A DNA stretch of 64,000 bases from contig CAWEXP010000010.1 of assembly GCA_963813065.1 (NCBI GenBank), positions 7,276 to 71,275 of the forward strand, in the 5' to 3' direction. Position 1 is the first letter of the stretch. Each line of letters opens with the position of its first letter. Origin of the DNA: Candidatus Kaiserbacteria bacterium. GTDB taxonomy: Bacteria; Patescibacteriota; Minisyncoccia; Phycocordibacterales; Phycocordibacteraceae. The notes under the pieces are model-generated. The model was not told the DNA's origin, made no database searches, and saw only the letters and a program-made list of their open reading frames with translations. The position numbers and the translations under genes were made by a program. Of this stretch, positions 47,977 through 58,262 are shown piece after piece.

Positions 47977-48067
47977 AATTATTGATTTACCGCGCGACCC
48001 CGGCGATTTTCGTCGGGGTCGCGGGTTTTTGCTTTTATCTGCCGAAGCGACTACACTACCTCGGTCT

Positions 48068-48634
48068 ATGGAATCACTGTCTCGCATTATGGGCTCCTCG
48101 GCGCGTTTGCGCCTCTTGCGCCTCTTCCTTTTTAATCAGGACCTATCGCTCACGCTCGCCGAGATTGCCGAACGAGCAAAAATTTCGCCCTCGGCCGCGC
48201 GTGGGGCAGTCGCCGAGCTTTTCGCCGCTGGGCTTCTCCGCAAGAAGGCGGGCACGCCCGTGAAGTATCAGGTCAATCCGCACTATCAGCATCGCGCGGC
48301 GCTCGAGACCTTTATCCGGCAGACCACCAACATTCGTCCTGTCGATGTCATCCGGATACTGAAAAAAGCGGGCGCTCTGCGACTCGTCGTCCTGTCGGGC
48401 CTCTTCACCGGCTCCGTCGAGCCGCAGATTGATCTCCTTGTGGTGGGGGATTCGCTCAGCGATCGTGTGCTCGCGAGCGCCGTACGCCTGCTCGAGGCCG
48501 AGCTGGGGCGCGAAATTCGCTATGCCGCTTTCTCCACCCCCGACTTCCGCTACCGGCTCGGGGTCTATGATCGCCTGATTCGTGACGTTTTGGACTATCC
48601 ACACCAGGTCCTCTTCGACAAAATCGGCCTCTAG
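48068..48634 (+). CDS. putative winged-helix DNA-binding protein
   Basis: N-terminal wHTH-like segment (LSLTLAEIAERAKISPSAARGAVAELFAAGLLRKK). ~188 aa. Confidence 0.4.
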   Translation: MESLSRIMGSSARLRLLRLFLFNQDLSLTLAEIAERAKISPSAARGAVAELFAAGLLRKKAGTPVKYQVNPHYQHRAALETFIRQTTNIRPVDVIRILKKAGALRLVVLSGLFTGSVEPQIDLLVVGDSLSDRVLASAVRLLEAELGREIRYAAFSTPDFRYRLGVYDRLIRDVLDYPHQVLFDKIGL

Positions 48635-48702
48635 AACTTGCTACACTTGACCCTAGGCGCTCGCCCTGTGCGAGTCTTTAATCGACTAATTCCTCGCGTA
48701 TT

Positions 48703-49386
48703 ATGGTTTTCACTACCTGGGCCGATGTGCTCAACCAGTCCTTTCAGAGCCTGTTCTACGGGCTGGTTGCCTTCATCCCCAATCTTGTCGTTGCGATTAT
48801 CATCTTCATCGTCGGTTGGTTGATCGGCGTTGGCCTCGGGCGCGTCGTCGCGCAGATCGTCAACTCGCTCCGCATTGATGCGGCGCTTCGTGCCGCCGGT
48901 GTTGAGCGGGTCCTCTCTCGCGCGGGTTTCGAGCTCTCTGCGGGGAAGTTCCTCGGTTTCCTCGTCGAGTGGTTCTTCATCATCGTCTTCCTCGTTGCCT
49001 CGCTTGAGGTCCTGCACCTCGACACGGTGAACCTCTTCATCCGCGATGTCGTGCTCGGCTACCTCCCGCAGGTTATCGTCGCGGTGCTCATCTTGCTTGT
49101 CGCGGCGGTCATCGCCGAGGCGGCCAAGAATGTCGTGACCGGCTCGGCCAAGGCGGCGGCGATCCATTCTGCCGGCTTCCTCGGTCAGGTCGCACGCTAC
49201 GCAATCTGGGTGTTCGCGATTCTCGCGGCACTCGACCAGCTCCAGGTCGCGACGGCTTTCGTCCAGACCCTCTTCACGGGCATCGTGATTGCAGTCTCGC
49301 TCGCAGTCGGTCTCGCTTTCGGTCTCGGTGGTCAGACTGCCGCGGCTCGCTGGCTCGAAGACGTGCGCACAGAGATCAAGAAATAA
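48703..49386 (+). CDS. membrane protein with conserved TM-helix repeats (mechanosensitive-channel-like)
   Basis: Two copies of a PF05552-like 'conserved TM helix' unit. 227 aa. Confidence 0.45.
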   Translation: MVFTTWADVLNQSFQSLFYGLVAFIPNLVVAIIIFIVGWLIGVGLGRVVAQIVNSLRIDAALRAAGVERVLSRAGFELSAGKFLGFLVEWFFIIVFLVASLEVLHLDTVNLFIRDVVLGYLPQVIVAVLILLVAAVIAEAAKNVVTGSAKAAAIHSAGFLGQVARYAIWVFAILAALDQLQVATAFVQTLFTGIVIAVSLAVGLAFGLGGQTAAARWLEDVRTEIKK

Positions 49387-49399
49387 ATTCAGGTTCAAA

Positions 49400-49440
49400 A
49401 AGAACCCGCGCCCCAGAGGGGCGCGGGTTCTTGCATTTTC
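49400..49440 (+). terminator. rho-independent terminator
   Basis: AAGAACCCGCGCCCC-AGAG-GGGCGCGGGTTCTT hairpin followed by a T-rich run. Confidence 0.65.
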
Positions 49441-49489
49441 CATTATCTAAGATATAGTTCTCGCCAGAACCAACGAGAGGAGACTCGAT

Positions 49490-49858
49490 ATGTTCTGGAA
49501 TTGGAAACGCGGCGTCCCGTACGTCGTCATCGCCGGACTAGCATTCGCGAGTACTTTTGTACTCGTCTATATGTTTGTGTGGGCAGACTTCTTGCCCTCA
49601 CTTGAGGCGGGACTGTTCATCGGATTCATGCTCGGCGTGTTAGCGGCCGTGGTTTCGCTCTCGATGGCGATGGATCGGCCCGGCGCAGTACGCCTCGGTT
49701 CTCTATTCATCTTCGGCACGTTTGGGGTCATGATACTCTTTACGCAATCGATGCCCACACTCGCCATTCTCTTGGCCGTCACGATGGTCATCCTGGAGAT
49801 TCCGTTCGTCTTCGAAATGCTGGCACCTGCTCGCTGGCGTCTCGATCCCGCCGCCTAA
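49490..49858 (+). CDS. small 4-TM membrane protein, hypothetical
   Basis: 122 aa hydrophobic ORF with a downstream CGCCCC-TCCTT-GGGGCG hairpin plus T-run. Confidence 0.45.
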   Translation: MFWNWKRGVPYVVIAGLAFASTFVLVYMFVWADFLPSLEAGLFIGFMLGVLAAVVSLSMAMDRPGAVRLGSLFIFGTFGVMILFTQSMPTLAILLAVTMVILEIPFVFEMLAPARWRLDPAA

Positions 49859-49903
49859 TCAATCCGCGCCCCTCCTTGGGGCGTTTTTCTTTGCCCCAGC
49901 CTG

Positions 49904-49932
49904 TTGACAGCAAATTGGGCATACCCTATACT
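49904..49932 (+). promoter_or_regulatory. rRNA operon promoter (TTGACA-N17-TATACT)
   Basis: Consensus -35 and -10 lie ~240 nt upstream of the mature 23S 5' end. The leader contains a long processing-stem-like hairpin (AACGCGAACCGCCC...GGGCGGTTCGCGTT). Confidence 0.6.
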
Positions 49933-50733
49933 CGCTTCTACGTGTCTAGAAACAAAACAAACCAGCACCAATCGGGGTTAGGCCTTTGATGGCCGCGCGT
50001 TTGTAACGCGAACCGCCCTGATGGGGCGGTTCGCGTTTCTAAAGGACGGCACGCGCTCTCTGACACACGAATACGATAGAGAGGTAAACCCGTACACTCA
50101 ATGTGAGTGTCGGGTAAACACTTCGAAAGAGGTGTGTGAAAAAGTGTGCGTGTGTGGTGTGCAGGATTCTGCACGAGAGACAGTAAGAGTGCGCGGTGGA
50201 TGCCTTGGCCTAGGATGGCGAAGAAGGACGCGACTAACCGGCGATACGCTTCGGGGAGGTGGTTTGTAACCTTTGATCCGAAGATGTCCGAATGGGGAAA
50301 CCCGCCCGATCTTGTATCGGGTACTCACGGGGTAACGCCTGTGAAGAGCAAACCCAGGGAAGTGAAACATCTCAGTACCTGGAGGAAAAGAGAACAATTG
50401 GAGTTGCGTTCCGTCGGCGCGTATGTTCGTGCTGATGGAACGCGACTCTCGTGATACCCCGAGTAGCGGCGAGCGAAACGGGAGAAGCCCAAACCGAAGT
50501 CTTCGGACTTCGGGGTTGTAAGATGTGGACCGCATGTAGAATGCAAAAAGTTATCAATCGTCGGCATAGCAGAAGCTGTTGGAAAGCAGCGCCCCAGAGG
50601 GTAATGGCCCCGTACGCGAAATGCCTGACGACTTTTGTCCATATTCTTGAGTAGCTCGAGACATGAATAGCTCGAGCGAATCTGCCGGAACTAACCGGTA
50701 AGGCTAAATACATCCTATGACCGATAGCGAACT

Positions 50734-50764
<31 letters not shown>

Positions 50765-52208
50765 GAGAGGGGAGTGAAATAGAACTGAAACCGCGTACTT
50801 ACAAAGGGTGGGAACGGATGGCGCAAGCCATACCGCGACCGCGTGCCTATTGAAGAATGAGCCGGCGAGTGTGTCCATGCTGCGTAGCTAAGCCCTTCCG
50901 GGGCGGAGCTGTAGGGAAACCGAGCGTTAATAGCGCGTTCGTAGCATAGATACGACCCGAAGCCAGATGAGCTTGCCATGAGCAGGGCGAAGTTCCGCGA
51001 AAGCGGAATGGAGGCCCGAACCCGTAGATCGTACAACGTCTTGGGATGACTTGTGGTAAGGAGTGAAAAGCTAATCGAATCTGGGAATAGCTGGTTCTCT
51101 CCGAAACAGCTTTTGGGCTGGCGTCGCGAAAACGTGCACACGGGGGTAGAGCACTGGCAGGGACCAACAGGGAGAAATCTCGTGGTTCCTATCAAACTCC
51201 GAATACCGTGTGCTCCGCGCGGCAGTTAGACGGTGGGGGCGAAGCTCCACGCGTCGAGAGGGGAAGAGCCCGGATCGCAAATTAAGGCCCCAAAATCGAT
51301 GCTCAGTACATCACAAGGAAGTGAGGATCCTTCGACAATGAGGATGTTGGCTTAGAAGCAGCCACCATTTAAAGAAAGCGTAACAGCTCACTCATCGAGG
51401 GTCCTTGCGCCGAAGATGATCGGGGTTAAGCATCGTGCCGAAATTGCGGGCTTGAGCAGGTGCATGCATCTGCCAAGCGGTAGGAGAGCGTTCGCATCTG
51501 CGATGAAGGTTAAGGGGTAACCCAAGCTGGAGTGATGCGAAGTGAGAATGCCGGTACAAGTAACCACAATGCGGGTGAGAACCCCGCACGTCGAAAGATT
51601 AAGGTTTCCAGAGCCATGGTGATCAGCTCTGGGTTAGTCGGGCCTAAGGGGATGGCGAGAGCCGCACCCGATGGACACAGGGTTAATATTCCCTGACCGA
51701 CGCATGGGCGATGGAGTGACGGACTGCTGTATATGTTGCCGGTAATTGGATTCCGGTCAGTTACATGAGGGTGTGATGTAGGGAAATCCGCATCGCATAA
51801 GCCCGAGTGTCGCCGCAATTTCCTTCTTCGGAGGGAGAGAGAACATAAAGCGCGGTCTCGAGAAAACCTTCTACGCGTAACCATGCGTTCGACCGTACCG
51901 CAAACCGACACAGGTGATCAGGGCGAGTAGCCCAAGACGAACGAGTGAGATGTCCTCAAGGAACTCGGCAAAAAAGCGGCCGTAAGTTAGCGATAAGGCC
52001 TGCCCCTCGCAAGAGGGGCCGCAGTGAAAGTTTTCCTGGCAACTGTTTACCAAAAACACAGCTCCCTGCGAACTCGTAAGAGGATGTATAGGGGGTGACA
52101 CCTGACCAATGCCGGAAGGTTAAGTACGGGCGGTGAAACTACTTCGGTAGTCAGCTGGACTGTATATGCCCCGGTGAATGTCGGCGATAACTATAATCGT
52201 CCTAAGGT

Positions 52209-52386
52209 TCGCGGCACGACCAGTGTCGCGCCGCGAAGGACTAGGACGATTGTAGGGTGAACAGATAAACACCAAGTTACCTTTGCAGAAAGTAATTTCT
52301 GCATTGTCCAATCATGGCACGAAGAGACCATACGCCATGCTCCGCGCAAGCGGATGAAGATATGGCCCAGGTTAGAGAAATACCTG
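52209..52386 (+). other. 23S intervening sequence A (site ~L1917, no ORF)
   Basis: 178 nt inserted between GTCCTAAGGT and AGCGCAATTCC (E. coli GGTAGCGAAATTCC). Confidence 0.55.
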
Positions 52387-52407
52387 AGCGCAATTCCTTG
52401 TCGGGTA

Positions 52408-53362
52408 CGGAAGATGCCCGTTCTGGAAGCGATTCCAGAAGCAAAATCGGCTATATCGGTGAAGTCCTCGCTGGAGCGCCACACAAAGGATGGCGCAGTG
52501 AAGGCAGGAGAATACCGAGGGAAGTTCGTGCACTTCAATGGGGGAAAAGAGAGAGGAGAGAAAGATGCAAATCTGGGATGAAGATGGCTTCTTCACCAAG
52601 AACGGAGCGAGGTTAGCGTTCGGATGTCTGGGACTGGCGATACTGCTCAGTCTCACTCCCGCAATCCTGGCCGCCTTCGGTCTAATCAAGTAGCCATAGA
52701 AATTGTTGCCGATCTTTCGGCGGGAGTTTTAAGACTCCCGCCCCCATTGAAGTGCACGAACCCCGTATCGACTTTGGTCACCACCATCCATTGGTGACCA
52801 GGATGGTGCTATCATATACAGATATGAAGCGCCATAATACGCCGACGCTGAAGACGAAAGTGCGAGACGTGAACGAATATATTTCCGGTTTTTCTGACGG
52901 AGAAGGATGCTTTTCAGTATCCTTTTCCAAGCGCGATAAATTCTTGATTGGATGGGAAACGAAACCAAGCTTTTGCGTGGCGCAAAACCACGACCGAGCA
53001 GAAGTGTTGTTTCTTATGCAAAAGAAGTTCGGGTGCGGATTCATGCGGCGAGACGCGAAGGACCGGACTTTGAAATACGAAGTTCGTTCGCTCGACGACT
53101 TGCTGACAAACGTGATTCCGCATTTCGAACGCTATCCGCTCCTGTCAGGCAAAGCAAAAGACTTCAAGCTATTCAAGCGCGTATGCCTTCTGATGGAAAA
53201 AGGGAAGCATACGACGTTTACTGGCCTGAAAGAAATCACCCGACTTGCATTCCAAATGAATCCGAGCGGGACGAGGAAATATAAACGGCACGAGATTCTC
53301 GCGCATGCTCGTCATCAGATGAAGATATAGTCAGTGCCCGCAGAAATGCGGGAAGAACATGA
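52408..53362 (+). other. 23S intron B (site ~L1931) carrying a LAGLIDADG homing endonuclease gene
   Basis: 955 nt between CTTGTCGGGTA and AATTCCGACGTGCACGAATGG. Confidence 0.65.
52824..53330 (+). CDS. LAGLIDADG homing endonuclease (single-motif)
   Basis: ISGFSDGEGCFSV motif. ~168 aa, Lys-rich. Lower GC than the rRNA exons. Confidence 0.75.
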   Translation: MKRHNTPTLKTKVRDVNEYISGFSDGEGCFSVSFSKRDKFLIGWETKPSFCVAQNHDRAEVLFLMQKKFGCGFMRRDAKDRTLKYEVRSLDDLLTNVIPHFERYPLLSGKAKDFKLFKRVCLLMEKGKHTTFTGLKEITRLAFQMNPSGTRKYKRHEILAHARHQMKI

Positions 53363-54002
53363 AATTCCGACGTGCACGAATGGTGTAATGACTGGGAAAC
53401 TGTCTCGAGGACTCGCTCGGTGAAAATGCACTTCCGGTGAAGATGCCGGATACCTGTAGTTAGACGAAAAGACCCCAGGAGCTTTACTACAGCTTCGTAT
53501 TGTCAGTACGTGCTGCATGCGTAGCATAGCGGTGAGAGGTTGAAGTATTGGTCTCGGCTGATATGGACTCGTCAGTGAAATAGCCGTCTTGCTGTGTGTA
53601 CTGTCTAACCCCAGTGGGATCCATTGGGGGACCGTGCGTGGCAGGTAGTTTTGGTGGGGCGCTATCCTCCTAAAAAGTAACGGAGGAGTCTATTAAGGTT
53701 CTCTAGCCGCGAATGGAAACCGTGGCGATAGTGTAATGGCATAAGAGAGCTTAACTGCGAGGGGTACATCCCGAGCAGATGCGAAAGCAGAGCATAGTGA
53801 ACTTCTGACATGCCTTAGACGCATTCAGAAATTAACGGATATAAGTTACCCTGGGGATAACAGGCTAGTTCCGCCCAAGCGTCCATAGCGACGGCGGAGT
53901 TCGGCACCTCGATGTCGGCTCACCATAGCGCGGGGCTGGAGCAGGTCCCAAGCGTTTGGCTGTTCGCCAATTAAAATGGTACGCGAGCTGGGTTCAGACC
54001 GT

Positions 54003-54337
54003 TCAGCATCTCATTATCGAGGTTTAACCTCGATATGGGGGATTGAACGGTCTGAGCCCCGAGGCTAGAACACTTTGGTGTTCGCCCGACCCGAAAGGGT
54101 TTAGGGTTAGTAACGACAAAATCACGGCGGCCTCATGCAGGAATGCATGGGTGCACATCAACTTATATCGGTAAAACCCGATCTCGTTGTGTACGAGAGG
54201 GCAATACCGAGGGAATGAGTGAGATTTAAATGTTTAAATATTTAAATCTCACTCGGCCCGTAGAGACTGAATGTTGATTATCCAGAACGGATAAAGTTAC
54301 AGTCCGATCCTTGCAGTAATGCAAGCAAACGTAGATG
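54003..54337 (+). other. 23S intron C at the I-CreI-type site (~L2593, no ORF)
   Basis: ~335 nt inserted within the GGGTTCAGACCGT|CGTGAGACAG context. Contains the AT palindrome GAGATTTAAATGTTTAAATATTTAAATCTC. Confidence 0.55.
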
Positions 54338-54401
54338 CGTGAGACAGGTTGGTCTCCTATCTACTACAGGCGTTGATTCTTGAGGAGGGTCGTCCCTAGT
54401 A

Positions 54402-55197
54402 AAGAATTGCTACTTCAGGAAGAGATTCCTGATGACAACGCGGCTTATAACGGTGAAGTCTACGGCGCGTCTGGTATTAGAGTGCGGTATCCGAAGGTCC
54501 AGTGGATATCGAACTCGCTTGAGGACCAGAATGACGCTATGATAATACCGTGGGAAGTCGATCAGCTATCAAAGCAGTGGAACTTGCGTATATCGCGGGC
54601 TTCCTGGACGGAGACGGAAGTCTCATGCTCCAGGTCAAGAAGCGTGGCGACTCGGCGAAGGGTGTGCGATTCATGGCGACGATATGTCTCTACCAAGACA
54701 GTCGCCATGATGCGCCGCTCTCGTGGATTCGCCGGCGACTCGGGTGCGGATATGTTTCCAAGCGAAACGATGGCATGACGGAGTTGCGCATCAACGGTTT
54801 CTCGCAAGTGCGAGCGACCTTGTCAGCGCTTCTGCCGCACCTTCATTTCAAAAAGAAACAAGCGCGGTTGTTAGTTCGAGCATGTATCATGCTTGAACGG
54901 CAAACGCTCCGTACGATGCCCGCAAAAGATATACGGAAACTCGTTGACCTCCTCCTGCTCATACAAAACGAAAACTATATGAGCAAAAGACGGAAGACGA
55001 AAAATGAACTGCACAAGATACTTGGTTTGACCCCGTAACGACTTGCGTTGAAAGACACGCAGAGTCATAGGTTTGAGGAATCATTTCGTTGAAAATGACT
55101 GCTCCTATGGCTAAGATGCCGCCGTCCTAATCCACCAAGCTGGCGGAGAGGATGAAGATATAGTCTGCGCTCCTGGAAACAGGGGAAAAACAAGCGA
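54402..55197 (+). other. 23S intron D (site ~L2656-2660) carrying a LAGLIDADG homing endonuclease gene
   Basis: ~796 nt between CCCTAGTA and CGAGAGGACCGG. Confidence 0.65.
54550..55038 (+). CDS. LAGLIDADG homing endonuclease
   Basis: LAYIAGFLDGDGSL motif. GTG start. 162 aa. Confidence 0.75.
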   Translation: MGSRSAIKAVELAYIAGFLDGDGSLMLQVKKRGDSAKGVRFMATICLYQDSRHDAPLSWIRRRLGCGYVSKRNDGMTELRINGFSQVRATLSALLPHLHFKKKQARLLVRACIMLERQTLRTMPAKDIRKLVDLLLLIQNENYMSKRRKTKNELHKILGLTP

Positions 55198-55567
55198 CGA
55201 GAGGACCGGGATGAACTGACCTCTGGTCTACCAGCTGTCCTGCCAAGGGCACCGCTGGGTAGCTATGTCGGGTCGTGATAACCGCTGAAAGCATATAAGC
55301 GGGAAACATGCTCCAAGATTAGGAATCGTTCGAGGCCCCTGGGAGATGACCAGGTTGATAGGCTCTAGGTGGAAGTGCCGCAAGGCATGGAGCCGAGGAG
55401 TACTAATACGCCGAGTCTCTCGTGCGGAATCGTGCACAACACAAGCCGTCACTTTTTCTGTACCTCCTGCGCCCTTCGTAGCTCGTCCGCGAGCGAAGTA
55501 GGGTCGTATTCGCGCGTGCCCTGCGTAGCTTTATGCGAAGCAGGGTAAGTAATCTCGAGTGTTCAGT

Positions 55568-55682
55568 TCTGGTGGTTTGGCGAGAGGGTCACACCCGATC
55601 CCATTCCGAACTCGGAAGTTAAGCCTCTTAGCGGCGATGGTACTCACTGTTACAGGTGGGGAGAGTAGCTAGCCGCCAGAAC
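55568..55682 (+). rRNA. rrf: 5S ribosomal RNA
   Basis: Aligns along its length with the bacterial 5S (…CCCGATCCCATTCCGAACTCGGAAGTTAAGCC…GGGGAGAGTAGCTAGCCGCCAGAA). Confidence 0.8.
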
Positions 55683-55707
55683 CGAGCACTTGAGATTTTG
55701 TTTTAAC

Positions 55708-55788
55708 GTGGGTGTAGCTCAGCATGGTAGAGCACTGATTGTCCTAGCAATCGGAGGCCGCAGGTTCAAATCCTCGCCACCCCGACCA
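55708..55788 (+). tRNA. irregular tRNA-like element downstream of 5S (possible tRNA-Arg(CCT)-like or pseudo-tRNA)
   Basis: Canonical D-arm (TA-GCTC-AGCATGGTA-GAGC), T-loop GGTTCAAATCC and 3' ACCA. The anticodon stem is GATTG/CAATC with a 6 nt loop TCCTAG, and the acceptor and T stems pair imperfectly. Possible indel damage. Confidence 0.3.
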
Positions 55789-55833
55789 TTTTCCATCGCC
55801 GCAATCGCGGCGATTTTTGTTATACTGGTCGAC

Positions 55834-56598
55834 ATGTCCTGGGCGGCGCGGAGACGGCTGATTATTATGCTGAGTATCGGCGGCGTTGTCGTCGCCATCT
55901 TCGGTAGCATTATTTTTACCCTCACCTATCGAGCGCCATCGTGCAGTGATGGCAGGCAGAATCAGGGCGAGCTGGGTATCGACTGCGGCGGGCCATGTTC
56001 CAATCTCTGCTCCGCTCTCGAGGATGCGCCGACGGTCCTCTCGACGCGCGCCATCCCGAACGGAGCCGGTCGCACCGATGTCTTGGCTTTTGTTGAAAAT
56101 CAAAATGCGAACGCCGCCGCGCGCGCGGTGCCCTACACCATCACGCTCTATGACGCGAGCCACAGTCTCATCCAGCGGGTCGAGGGAACCGTCAATCTGC
56201 CGCCTTCGTCGACCGTGCCGGTGTATGTGCCCGGTGTCGCCTCGGGGAATCAAGTTGTTGCTTCGGCGTTTCTCTCTATCGATGCGACAGCGATACCGTG
56301 GTTCACCTACACCGAGACGCGCGCTCTGCCAAGCTACAACAACGACGCAACGCTCACCAACGCTACCGCCGCGCCGCGCATCACCGCGACTCTCTCTAAC
56401 GCGATGCCGACGCCAGTGCAGAATGTGCATGTCATCGTCGCGGTCTATAACGCCGCGGGTAACGTCATCGCCGCATCCGCTACCCTCATCCCGAGCATCC
56501 CCGCGCAAGGGCGCGCGACCGCGACCTTCACCTGGAATCAGCCTTTCGCGGGCAATGCGGCCTCGATAGGCGTCCTGCCCGTTACGATGCTCCCATAA
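55834..56598 (+). CDS. membrane-anchored hypothetical protein
   Basis: TM helix followed by a Cys-containing, Ala/Thr/Asn-rich ~220 aa ectodomain. Confidence 0.45.
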   Translation: MSWAARRRLIIMLSIGGVVVAIFGSIIFTLTYRAPSCSDGRQNQGELGIDCGGPCSNLCSALEDAPTVLSTRAIPNGAGRTDVLAFVENQNANAAARAVPYTITLYDASHSLIQRVEGTVNLPPSSTVPVYVPGVASGNQVVASAFLSIDATAIPWFTYTETRALPSYNNDATLTNATAAPRITATLSNAMPTPVQNVHVIVAVYNAAGNVIAASATLIPSIPAQGRATATFTWNQPFAGNAASIGVLPVTMLP

Positions 56599-56599
56599 C

Positions 56600-57766
56600 A
56601 TGCCGACTCTGGCCCGACCGCGCCTGCCCGCCCACCAACCTGGTTGGTGGGCGGGTGAACGCATCCATATCGAGTGGACACTGCTCGCGCCTGCGGTTGC
56701 GCTCGCGCTTCTCGGCATCCTGACGATGAACACATTCGGTGTTGGGGTGTCCCTGGCGGGGCGACAGATGCTCTGGCTCGTCGCGGCAATCGCGGTCTAC
56801 CTCGCAGTCGCGGCGATCGACGTGCGCTTCATTCGCCGGACCACCGTCATTATGAGTGCGTACGCGCTCGCGCTCGTCTTGCTCGCACTCGTGCTCGTGA
56901 TTGCGCACCCTGTCCTCGGTGCGAAGGCGTGGTTCACGCTTGGGCCCGTCTCCTTCCAGCCCGCGGATCTCGCCAAGCTCGCATTGATTGCGCTTCTCGC
57001 GAAATATCTCTCGCGGCGTCACGTCGAGATTGGTGACTTCCGCCACATCATCGTCTCGGGTGCATACGCGTTCGTTATTGTTTTGCTGGTGCTCGTCGAG
57101 CCCGATCTCGGCAACGCGATTATTCTCGGCACCGTCTGGCTCGGGATGATGCTCGTCTCGGGCATCTCGAAGAAACATCTCGCGGTGCTTGGTTGTGTCG
57201 CGCTTGTTGCGGCGGCCGGGCTCTGGTTCGGCGGTCTGCATCAATATCAGCGCGCGCGCATCATGTCCTTCGTTAATCCCGCGAGCGACATTCGCGGCGC
57301 AGGCTACAACGCCTATCAGGCGAAGATTGCCGTCGGCTCGGGTGGCCTGGTGGGGAAGGGTATCGGCTATGGCACGCAATCGAAATTGCGTTTCTTGCCG
57401 GAATATCAAACCGATTTTATTTTTGCCGCGTTCGCCGAGGAGTGGGGATTCGTCGGCATCTGCCTCTTGCTCGCGGTCTATGCGCTCCTCTTCTGGCGGA
57501 TGGCGCAGATCGCGCGTGCCTCGGCGACCAACTTCGACGCGTTCTTTACGCTCGGGGTGCTCGTCCTCTTCGCTGCGCACGTGGTGATTCATTCCGGCAT
57601 CAGCCTCGGGCTCTTGCCCGTGACCGGTACGACAATTCCTTTTATGAGCTCGGGCGGCTCGCATCTCGTGATGGAATTTGCCGCGCTCGGCATCATCACC
57701 TCGCTCGCGCGTTCCGGCCGTGGCGCCGCGCGTGATGCGAGCGCGAACGAGTACTTGGGCGGCTGA
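56600..57766 (+). CDS. SEDS family peptidoglycan glycosyltransferase (FtsW/RodA)
   Basis: 10-TM topology and conserved C-terminal region (PVTGTTIPFMSSGGSHLVMEFAALGII). Confidence 0.85.
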   Translation: MPTLARPRLPAHQPGWWAGERIHIEWTLLAPAVALALLGILTMNTFGVGVSLAGRQMLWLVAAIAVYLAVAAIDVRFIRRTTVIMSAYALALVLLALVLVIAHPVLGAKAWFTLGPVSFQPADLAKLALIALLAKYLSRRHVEIGDFRHIIVSGAYAFVIVLLVLVEPDLGNAIILGTVWLGMMLVSGISKKHLAVLGCVALVAAAGLWFGGLHQYQRARIMSFVNPASDIRGAGYNAYQAKIAVGSGGLVGKGIGYGTQSKLRFLPEYQTDFIFAAFAEEWGFVGICLLLAVYALLFWRMAQIARASATNFDAFFTLGVLVLFAAHVVIHSGISLGLLPVTGTTIPFMSSGGSHLVMEFAALGIITSLARSGRGAARDASANEYLGG

Positions 57767-57810
57767 ATAAAAAACGAAAGCGCCTGCGGAAGCAAGTGCC
57801 TCCGCAGGCG

Positions 57811-58128
57811 TCAGATCTCAACTACAGCATAATCAAGTATCGGAATATCAGAAGCCGGACCTTGCCCGAGATTTTTCGACATTATCGGAATAATGTCGAA
57901 TTGTTTCCCCGGGAAGAATTCACGTAGTTCCGCGCGTGCTTTCGCGAGGATTTGCGCGGCAAAGCTCTCCATGAAAGCATTTCCATATTCGCGACGAATC
58001 GCGCCGATGGTAGAGATGGTAAATGCCAGTGGTTGATTAGGATCACTTACCATTGTGAGAGCGTGCCAGGATGCACGACCCTCACCATGCTCTTCTTTAC
58101 CGCAGATACTGCATATCTTCGACTTCAT
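57811..58128 (-). CDS. hypothetical protein with N-terminal CxxC
   Basis: ~105 aa ORF (MKSKICSICGKEEHGEG...). A bidirectional GC hairpin lies between it and rodA. Confidence 0.4.
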   Translation of the reverse strand: MKSKICSICGKEEHGEGRASWHALTMVSDPNQPLAFTISTIGAIRREYGNAFMESFAAQILAKARAELREFFPGKQFDIIPIMSKNLGQGPASDIPILDYAVVEI

Positions 58129-58262
58129 TTTTCGTCTCCACAATGTATGCGGTGAGTAGCCGCAGGAACCTCAAACCCGACTTATAACTTAGCACACCAA
58201 AATAGATTTGTCAATACATTTTGGAGATGGAAGTCGGGGGCAAAAGAGACCGCAAATAAAGG

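Noticed and set aside
47611-47985. 124 aa ORF containing TR2
   Set aside because: Template repeats are generally non-coding. The ORF has no RBS, and its upstream part crosses a terminator hairpin.
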